A stretch of 9,682 nt of DNA, taken from Fonticula alba ATCC 38817. Its lineage: Eukaryota > Protista > Nucleariida. Shown piece by piece: positions 1 through 7,808 of the stretch (its first letter is position 1; every line of letters begins with the position of its first letter). Position numbers and translations under genes: made by a program. The stretch is from NCBI GenBank assembly GCA_000388065.2, contig KB932201.1. One strand, written 5' to 3'. The notes under the pieces are model-generated. The model had not been told where the DNA came from. It did no database searches and saw only the letters and a list, made by a program, of their open reading frames with translations.

Positions 1-86
1 CCCCCCCCCCCACACACACACACCCGCTCGCCCACGGCCCGGCCTGCGGCCCACTCACCGGCCCCCATGCCCGGACACACGCCCAG
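1..86 (+). other. 3' part of a spliceosomal intron (phase 1) preceding the Cys-rich exon
   Basis: Poly-C and (CA)6 low-complexity tract, a branch-point-like CTCAC at 54..58, and CCCAG ending at 86. Codon-biased sequence starts immediately after (GC GAG GCC GCC GAC GGG GAG TAC TGC). Inferred, with no transcript evidence. Confidence 0.55.
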
Positions 87-1984
87 GCGAGGCCGCCGAC
101 GGGGAGTACTGCTTCCCGGCCCTGCGCCGATGCATGCTGGCCCGATACACCGGCGACGACATCGTGTGCGACCGGTACCGGGCCAGCTACCGCCCGGTGG
201 ACGGGTTTGCCTTCCTGAATGACGAGCTCCCGGACATGGCCGTGTCCAGTGCCCAGCTGCTGGCGATCGGCCCGCCGGACTGCTGGCACGTGCTGCCCGG
301 GAGCTACAACGCCTGTGCCGTGTGCCGGTACCAGGCGGCCCCGGACCGGCAGTGCCGCCCGGCGGCCCAGCCGATCCCCGGCTGCCAGACCCCGGCCCAC
401 GCGCACCTGAATGAGGAGTGCTCGGTGTGCGCCGAGGGGCACTGGATGGCCCAGGACCGCCGGTGCGTGAGCGCCTGCCCGGCGGCCGATCACGTCACCT
501 GCGGCATGCATTGCATCCCGCGGCACCAGCTGCCGGATGGCTTCGACTGCGCCGCCTGGCCCATGGCCAGCATGGCCCCCTCGCCGGCGGACCTGCCCGG
601 GGTGCCGGCCGCCGGCCCGGGGCGCCTGCTCAATTGCAGCGCCCCGGGCGTGTGCTTCCAGTGCCATGCCAATTGCGCGCAGTGCGCCGGGCCCGGGCCG
701 AAGGACTGCACCGCCTGCCCGGCCGGCCGGCTGCTCCTGGCCCACAGCACCAAGCCCTTCGCCAATGGCCAGGTCCATGTGGGGGCGTGCGTGCGCGGGT
801 ACGGGGCCGGCGGCGACCGGGCCGCCCCGCACCACCACTGCCCGGCCACCACGGTGCCCAATGGCCAGGGGGCCTGCCTGCCCTGCCGGCAGCACTGCCT
901 CACCTGCGACCCGGCCAATCCGGCCATGTGCCGGGCCTGCCTGCGCGGGTTCTTCGCCCAGGCGGATGGCACGTGCGGGCGCGCCTGCCCGGCCGGCACC
1001 GCGCGCGACTCCCTCACCGGGCGCTGTGCCCCCTGCGCGGATCCCCACTGCGCGCGGTGCGCCTCCGAGGACCCGGGGCTCTGCCTGGCCTGCCAGCACC
1101 CGGGCCACGTCCTGCATGAGAATGTCTGCGAGCCGGCCTGCCCGGCCGGCAAATACCCCCACCAGGGCCGGTGCCATGCCTGTGCCGAGGGGTGCGCCAG
1201 CTGCGCCTCGGCCGACCACTGCCTCCGGTGCCAGGAGGGCCACACCCTGCAGGCGGAGGAGGGCGGCACCTGTGTGCCGGCCTGCCCGGGCCCCGGCAGC
1301 ACCTGGGACCTGGACCTGCCGCCCGGCAGCCGCGCCTGCCGCCCCTGCGCCGGCCACTGCCTCGAGTGCCACCGGTTCACGGACAATTGCACCGCCTGCC
1401 CGGCCGGCATGCTGCTGGTCCGGCCCCGGGCCCCCGGCGCCCGGCAGTCCTGCGTGGCCCAATGCCCGGAGGGCTACTTCCCGGATGGCGGCCACTGCGA
1501 GCCCTGCCTGGACCCGGAGTGCGCCGTGTGCGACGCCGGGGCCCGGACATGCACCGAGTGCAAGACCGGCCACGGGCTCTTCGCCAATGATGCCTGCCTC
1601 GCCACCTGCCCGGAGGGCTACTACCGCCAGGGCAAGCAGTGCCACCCGTGTGGCGGCGGCTGCGGCACCTGCCGCAATGGCCTGGGGGCCAGCTGCCTCC
1701 AGTGCAGCGTCGGCCCGAAGAATGCCCCCCTGCCGAAGCAGCTGGAGCCCGGGTCCTTCAATGCGGCCGCCCCGGCCCGGTGTGTGGTCCACACCCTGGA
1801 GCTCAGCGGCTGGGGGTTCTTCTACCAGGACCAGAAGAACCGCTATGCCGTGCCCTGCCCGGCCAACTGCATCACCTGCTATGTCGAGCACCCGCACGAT
1901 GCCGCCCGCCGGGCCGTCCAGTGCCTGCTCTGCAAGCCGACCCACGTCCTCAGCGAGGACCGGTACTCGTGTGTGCCGGTGTAG
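87..1984 (+). CDS. Furin-like (FU / growth-factor-receptor-type) cysteine-rich repeat protein, probably secreted; 5'-partial terminal exon (first in-frame ATG at 134, stop TAG 1982..1984)
   Basis: I count 75 Cys in the 616-aa ORF. About 7 tandem 8-Cys units C-x2-C-x3/4-C-x2-C-x4/7-C-x2-C-xn-C-x3-C run from 653 to 1972, e.g. CHANCAQCAGPGPKDCTAC, which matches the classic furin-like repeat of PCSK5/6 and R-spondin, and CPEGYF/CPEGYY linkers are present. Codons are strongly C/G-ending (TGC, GCC, CTG, GAG). The frame is open upstream of 134 (EAADGEYCFPALRRC) back to a CAG acceptor at 84..86. There is no signal peptide at M134, so the N-terminus must come from an upstream exon. NCS and NCT sequons are present. 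Confidence 0.9.
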
Positions 1985-2280
1985 CCGCGGCTGGCCGGCG
2001 GCCGGGGCGCGCCCGGCAGAGTCGGCGCCTTTCGCGCACGCCCGCGCGCGCCCCTCCTGCTCTGGCCCTGGCCGGTGGCCCGGTGGGGGCGCGCCCGGCC
2101 GCTCCGATGCGCGGGCTCGGGAGCCGAGGCCGCAAGGGGGCGCGGCGGCCGGCCCGCGCCCCCCGGGGGGCGTGTCCTGGCCAGGAGAGGGGGCACGCCA
2201 GCAGGCGCGCACTTGGCCGCATATACACCGCTGTTCAATTGGCACTATCCTGGCTGTGGCCTGGCGGCCCGGGCCCCGAC

Positions 2281-2319
2281 GGGAGGGGGGCGGGGCGCAG
2301 GGGCGGCGGCGGGGGGGGG
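2281..2319 (+). other. Potential G-quadruplex-forming sequence
   Basis: G-tracts G3 (2281), G6 (2285), G4 (2292), G4 (2300) and G9 (2311) with short loops. Confidence 0.5.
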
Positions 2320-2675
2320 ATGCACAGGGAAGGTGGCCAGGGGAGCGGCGTGTCTGCACATGGGGCCTGTGCTCGGCCGCGTCCGTCCGGAGCCCGGCCG
2401 GGGCGGGTGCCGCCCACGCAGCAGGCCGGCCCGGGTCGCGGTGTGCCGCGGCCCGCCGTCGAGGGAGTCCCGGCATGGCGCGCGGCGCCAGGGGTGGCCC
2501 TTCGCTGCCGACCGGGTCTTTGTGTGCCCGCGGCCCCTCTGGTTCCGGGCCTGCTGGCCAACCCTCGCGGGACCGAGAGCCAACACCCACGTGCCGGGCC
2601 AGCCTCCCCCCGGCGGACCACGCGCCCCAAGCGCGCGGGGAGGCATGCGTGCATGAGCACAGACACGGAAATGGC

Positions 2676-2681
2676 AATAAA
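2676..2681 (+). promoter_or_regulatory. AATAAA, possible polyadenylation signal of the Cys-rich gene
   Basis: Canonical hexamer in an otherwise very AT-poor context, about 690 nt downstream of the stop codon. Its use is unproven. Confidence 0.2.
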
Positions 2682-2866
2682 AAGACATCCAGCTGCACAC
2701 ACACACCTCACCCCCCGGGTTCGACACCCGGGGACACTGGCACCGTGCGAGGCGGCGGTGTGGCGGGCTCCCGCAAGGTCGGCCCCGCCCCGCCCCCGGA
2801 CACTCGACAGCTGTGGTCTCGCCCGCCCCTGGGATCGGGCACCTCCCCCCCCCCCTCCGGCAGCGG

Positions 2867-2890
2867 CACACACACACACACACACACACA
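2867..2890. repeat. (CA)12 microsatellite
   Basis: Read directly from the sequence. Confidence 0.95.
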
Positions 2891-3141
2891 GCAGGACCTC
2901 CCTGGTGGCGTCGCGTGTATCTCCCCCCCTCCCCCTGCGCGACGAACAGGCAGGGACCCCGGTCGCCTTCCGCGGCATGCACACCGAACAGCCGCCATCA
3001 GACTCTTGCCCCCCCCCCCCCAGCCATGGGCCACTTGCCAGCGCATTCACCTCCGTCACCATACTCACACCAAAGAGGCGGAAGGAGGAAGGAAAAAGTG
3101 CCCCACACCGTATGGGACCGGCACCGGGGCGCGCGCGCGCC

Positions 3142-3217
3142 CCCGCACGCACGGCGTCTTCCCAGCCGAGGAGGCCCGCACGCACGGCGTCTTCCCAGCC
3201 GAGGAGGCCCGCACGCA
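3142..3217. repeat. Perfect 33-bp tandem duplication (2.3 copies; unit CCCGCACGCACGGCGTCTTCCCAGCCGAGGAGG)
   Basis: Identical copies at 3142..3174 and 3175..3207, plus a partial copy at 3208..3217, with no spacer between them. Confidence 0.95.
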
Positions 3218-3301
3218 TGGCCGCCATCGGCGGGGGGTGCGTTGCCGGGAGGGCACGGCCTCTTGCCCCTTCCCTTCGGCCCCTGGCCTCGCTCGTGGGC
3301 A

Positions 3302-3302
<1 letters not shown>

Positions 3303-3334
<32 letters not shown>
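3303..3334. repeat. (AC)16 microsatellite
   Basis: Read directly from the sequence. Confidence 0.95.
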
Positions 3335-3336
<2 letters not shown>

Positions 3337-4136
3337 GCCACGGCACGGCGACCTGCCCGTCCTCCTTGCACATAGGTGACTTGGCTTCCCCTGTGTCACG
3401 CGCTCGCTCGCCTCGCCCGACCGGCAGCAGCGCGCCCATGCCCGGCGCCTTGGGCGGCAGCCCCAGCGGGCATGGGGCAGCCCGCTGCTCGGCGGCCCGG
3501 CGCTCCGGCCAGCCCATCCGCGAGCCCGGGACCGGGCCCAGCCGGCGCGGTGGTCTGCCCCGCCGTGACATCGCACGCCGGGGCGAAACGGGCGCTCGTG
3601 TGCCCGGACCCGCTGCACCCCATCCGGCGCCAGCCCCAGGCCCGGGAGGCGGTGCCAAGGGCCCGGGGCGCGGCCACACCCAGCACACGCCCCACCGGCA
3701 CCATGGGTCCCGGCTTCGGCAGGCCCCTGGCCACCAGCGGGGCGCCTGCTGGCCCCGGGGGTCCCGACACCGGCCGGCGACCCCGCGCGCAAGGTGCGCC
3801 GGCCGGATATGACACCATGCCCGGCGCACCCGGCTCCCAGGGCTGCCACCACCTCCGGCACATGCCGCCACGCCCCCCCCCCCCCCCCTGTTGCGCGGCT
3901 CCATCCGGGCAGGACGGCCCGTGGGCCATGGCCGGCGGGCAGGACGGCGCGGCGGCGTGCCATCCCGGCGGCGGTCTGTTGTCGGCGCTCCCGCCGCCCG
4001 CTCGCCCGGGCCGCCCGCGCGACCCCCCATTGTCGCGTGGCGCCCGGCTTCGCCATCTCGACCACCGATCCGGGCCCCGGGGGCCATCCCATCCCACGCG
4101 CCAATCGCATTTCAGGGACGCATGTGCCTGTCCATG

Positions 4137-4161
4137 GGGCCGGGCCGGGCCGGGCCGGGCC
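4137..4161. repeat. (GGGCC)5 pentanucleotide repeat
   Basis: Five perfect units read directly; five G3 tracts, so G4- or hairpin-capable. Confidence 0.9.
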
Positions 4162-4975
4162 AGCCAACGAGGGCGCCCCTCGGGCCCCGGCTGCCATCCG
4201 GACACCGCGCCGCCGATGGGCCGGCACCAAGCACGGCCCCGCATCCTTCGCCCCCTCTCGCCTGGGCAGCCGGCGCGAGGCCCGGCGAATGCCGAAAGCC
4301 CGACCGCCCCCGCCCTGTGGCACTGAGGCACGGGCGGGCCTTTCGCCCTCTGCCCTCGAGCCGCCGGGGTCCGGGCGCACAGACCGGGCACCCCCGGGCC
4401 GTGGGCCGAGGGACCACAGCGGCCAGCCGGATCCCCCATGCCTGCGGGGCCTCCCGAGCACTGTCAAGGCCCCATGGCTGGTGCCCGTACGCGCGGGCCG
4501 GGCAGACTCGCGAGACGGCCAGGCCGGGCCGGCACGCCTGGCTCGCCCATGCGGCACCTTTTCCCCGGTGCCGATGGCACCGGCGTGTGTTGCATCGACG
4601 TCGGATGGGCATGCCCTCCCGGCCGGGCATGGGGGCCCCCTCCTCGGTGCCCGGTGGGGCGGCCACCTGTCGGTCGCCCTTACCTTTTTTTCCCCCGCCC
4701 ATCCATCCGCCGGCCACCGGCGCCGCGTGGGCGAACACCAGGGACACCCTCTGCTCGGCGGCGGCCTCCGTCCAGCAGGAGCCACCACTCTGCAAGCCCA
4801 CAGTGGTAAGGGCCTCTCCAGGGGTCGCGGGCCCGCGCCGTCGCCCCAAAGGCCGGGGGGACTGCTCCCGGACACCGGACACGCCCCACACATCGCAACC
4901 GCCGCCGGGGCCCCCTGACGCGCCTGCCGGGGCACGCCGCCCTCGCTCCCGGCCGCCCTCGCGACCCCGGCCTCA

Positions 4976-5007
4976 GGGGGGCGGGCGGGGGGCGGGGGGC
5001 GGGCGGG
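4976..5007 (+). other. Strong potential G-quadruplex / clustered GGGCGG GC boxes
   Basis: Six G-tracts (G6, G3, G6, G6, G3, G3), each separated by a single C. Confidence 0.6.
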
Positions 5008-5682
5008 CCGGTCCGCGTGTGGTGGCCAGGGTGTGCGAAGCTCGCAACTTGCGGGCACGCCGCCACGGCTCCTCGACCACAATCAACAACCGGCCCCGGG
5101 GGATGGGTGGGCACTTGAGGGGCCGGCTCGCCGGACGGCGGGCGGCTTTCGTGGGCATTCCGCGGAGTTGGCAGTGGAATGGCATTTGTGGCCTCCATTG
5201 GCGCCGCGCGTGATCGTGGTCCATTGTGGGCTAGCCCTGCCGGGCGGATTGTGGGCGCGCTGGGGGGCGCCCGGCCGGCCCGTGGCAGCATGCACGGCAC
5301 CGGGGGGCGGTGGCCGGGGGACGACGGCGCGGCCGGCAACATGCCATCGAATGGCCCTCACCAGCCCGGCCGAGGGGCTGGCGTGGACGCACCCGGGGGC
5401 GGCTCTCCTTGCCAGCCTCGGTCGTCCACCATCCCGGCGGCCCCCCTGGGCAGCGGCGGGCAGCACGCCCGGCACACGGGGCAGCCCATGCTGGCTCGGC
5501 GGAGCGCACGGCTCTCGCGGGCCAGGGGCGCCGTGCGGTCGCCTGGCCGGGAGCCCGCCCGCGCCGCCGTGCCCCGGCACACCCTCCCCGACCGGCCCGC
5601 GGTGTGGCAGGACCGCCGGTCCATCTCGCCGCCCGATGTGCTGCACGTGCCGCAGATCGGGGCCCCGGGGGCAGCCGTGAGG

Positions 5683-5704
5683 CGGCCGGCCGGCCGGCCG
5701 GCCG
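5683..5704. repeat. C(GGCC)5G, a 22-bp perfect palindromic tetranucleotide repeat
   Basis: Read directly; GGCC is self-complementary. Confidence 0.9.
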
Positions 5705-6425
5705 AGCGGCAAGCCGCCCGCGCTCCGGGCTTGGGGCCACTTTGGAGGGCTGTCAGCGCGTGCGCGGCATCCGGCATGCCGCGCGGCCGGTTCCACCTCC
5801 GCCACGAATGGGTGTCCGCTGGCGCGTCATGCGACGAGTCGGGCCTGGGGCCTCGCGCATTGTGTGGCGTCCGCGGGCCCCAACATCGGCGACCTACAAC
5901 CGGCCGGCGCCAGGCAGATCACCGCTCGGAGCAGTCAAGACAGCCGGGTGGGCGCGCTCGGGCCGCGCCCGACTATGGCCTCGCCTCGCGGCCCCTGCCC
6001 GGGCCACAGGGTCAAAGGTGCCCGGGATCCCATGGTGGGCAGGCCGCGCCCGGCCGTGCGCGCCGGCGGTGCCCATGCCGCTGCCCCCCGTCGGCGGCAG
6101 GCGTACCGGCCACTTGCAGGCTGGCTGGTGCTCCAAAACCCAAGAGCACCCCCAACACACATGTGCCAAAGCACATCCCACATGCAGCCCACAAACCCCA
6201 AACTACACTTCCCCAGCAACAGGCGCCCTTGACACCGGGGCGCCCCGCTCGCCGGCGCCGACCGTGTGGAGACCACAACGGGCCCATGCTGATGGCCGAG
6301 TGCATGCACCCGCAGGCCGGCCACTCGGGTCGAGCGCGCGCCTGTCCCGGCCCCCATGGTCCGGAGCGCGTAAGTAGCGCCGGGTCGGTCGCCCGCTGTC
6401 CGGCCGGTCGCCCCGCCCCGCCTAG

Positions 6426-7808
6426 CAATGCACGCGCCTGGTGCGCCGAGCGCGGCCCCCAGGGCGCATGCTGCTCGAGCCGATTGCCCGCGGCAGCCTC
6501 GCCACGGCGTGTGCCATGGTCCCCTGCGAGGTCGCTCGCTTGGTCTTCCGTCGCGCGGTCCGACTCCGGGTCCGACGCGAGGGCTCGCACGCGCGTGCCC
6601 TGGCACGGTGCCCGTTCGTCGGGGGCGCCTCCACCGTCGGGGTCCCAAGCGGCCTCCGGAGCACCGGGGGGCGCGCACGCGGCCATGCGGCTGGCTGCAC
6701 CCCTTTCGACGGTCACAGGCCAGCAGTTGTCGGGATCGCTCCCGGGCAGAGATCTTGCGGGGGCGCACGCCCTCCGCGGCCGCATGTCGGGGCCGGTGTG
6801 CGGCGACTTGGTGCCACACCAGCGCGCCGCCGGGCGGCCGGACCACGCCCCGTGCGGCCTCCAGTCGACCAGGGGCTGCTGAGCGCGCGGAGCTGCAAGT
6901 GCCCAATGTCGAGCCCATGGGCCGGCCACGGCACGGCTCCTGGCGACGCCTCTCCACCCGCTGCCTGGCCGGGGCACTGGGCGGCCGCGCACCGGCCTCA
7001 GGCGCAGTGTGTGATGTTCAGGCCCCTCGCCCGACGGCGGGAGAGAGGACGGCGCGCCTTCGCACCCTCGGGGCGTGGGAGGGGGGGGGGCAGGCCCTCT
7101 GGCCATTCCGCCGGCGACTGGCACATCGTCCGGTGGATGTGCGGCCCTGGCCCGGCGGCGGCCGCGGCGACAGTCAAAGAGCAGCCGTACTGCCTGTCGG
7201 CCAGCCGGCCGCAGGAGCTGCGTCGTCTGCCGGGGCGGGAGTGCCCTCGCCGGGGCCCTGGTGGCGAAGCACACCATCGGCACAGGGCGTTTGGCTGCAG
7301 GCATGGCCGGGCCCCCCGGGACGTGGCCGCCCGCCCGCCGGCGAACATCAGCCTGTTCGGTCCATTGCCCGGGCGTGTGCGCGCCGGCGGCACGGCCCGC
7401 TCGGGGCACCGCATGCCCGGGGTCTGGCCTCCTCCCGGCGCGGTGGCCGGCATCTGCCTGGCCAGTGTGGCTCCGGGGCCACGAGGACCGGGGCATTTGT
7501 CGACCGGAGCCCATGCGTGCAAGCGGCACGACCATGGGCCGCCCCCGGCCGTGCCACTTGCCGGCCTCCCGGCCAACCGGGTGTGCTGGCGCACGTGCCA
7601 CGCGGCAGGGCGAATGACCCCGCCGCCGCTGCCGCCGCCCCCACCGGCCCCTCTGACAAACAAAACCAGGCCGACAGACAGGCCGTTGTCCCGACGCTCC
7701 GACCCCATGATGTGCCCTTCGGCGGCATCGGAAGGGGGCTGCCCGGAGAACAGGGAGGCTCGGCCGGGAGGGCGCCCGGCCGGGGGCCCGGACCGGGGCG
7801 GTGCATGA
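6426..7808 (+). CDS. Low-confidence hypothetical coding exon (ORF 6441..7808 extended to the upstream TAG); no recognisable domain
   Basis: Contains runs of codons typical of the real gene (gac tgg cac atc gtc cgg tgg atg tgc; gag cag ccg tac tgc ctg; aac atc agc ctg ttc), and a perfect GTAAGT donor lies upstream at 6370. The product is otherwise Arg/Gly/Pro/Ala-rich, and long ORFs are common here by chance. Confidence 0.2.
   Translation, partial: QCTRLVRRARPPGRMLLEPIARGSLATACAMVPCEVARLVFRRAVRLRVRREGSHARALARCPFVGGASTVGVPSGLRSTGGRARGHAAGCTPFDGHRPAVVGIAPGQRSCGGARPPRPHVGAGVRRLGATPARRRAAGPRPVRPPVDQGLLSARSCKCPMSSPWAGHGTAPGDASPPAAWPGHWAAAHRPQAQCVMFRPLARRRERGRRAFAPSGRGRGGGRPSGHSAGDWHIVRWMCGPGPAAAAATVKEQPYCLSASRPQELRRLPGRECPRRGPGGEAHHRHRAFGCRHGRAPRDVAARPPANISLFGPLPGRVRAGGTARSGHRMPGVWPPPGAVAGICLASVAPGPRGPGHLSTGAHACKRHDHGPPPAVPLAGLPANRVCWRTCHAAGRMTPPPLPPPPPAPLTNKTRPTDRPLSRRSDPMMCPSAASEGGCPENREARPGGRPAGGPDRGGA

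Noticed and set aside
490-1410. 306-aa minus-strand ORF and other ORFs overlapping the Cys-rich gene (219..410, 418..1119, 1171..1590, 537..3812)
   Set aside because: Shadow ORFs of a GC3-rich gene: alternative or antisense frames lack stops, and the products are Arg/Ala/Pro/Gln-Ala patterns mirroring TGC/GCC codons.
3061-3071. ATACTCACACC as the 5' end of a U1 snRNA
   Set aside because: It departs from ATACTTACCTG, and there is no stem-loop I or Sm site downstream.
3142-3217. 33-bp repeat as a CRISPR array
   Set aside because: The copies are directly adjacent with no spacers, there are no cas genes, and the context is eukaryotic.
6134-6205. CAAAACCCAA / AAACCCCAAAC as telomeric repeats or a telomerase RNA template
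   Set aside because: Not tandem, not matching TTAGGG-type repeats, and no supporting structure.
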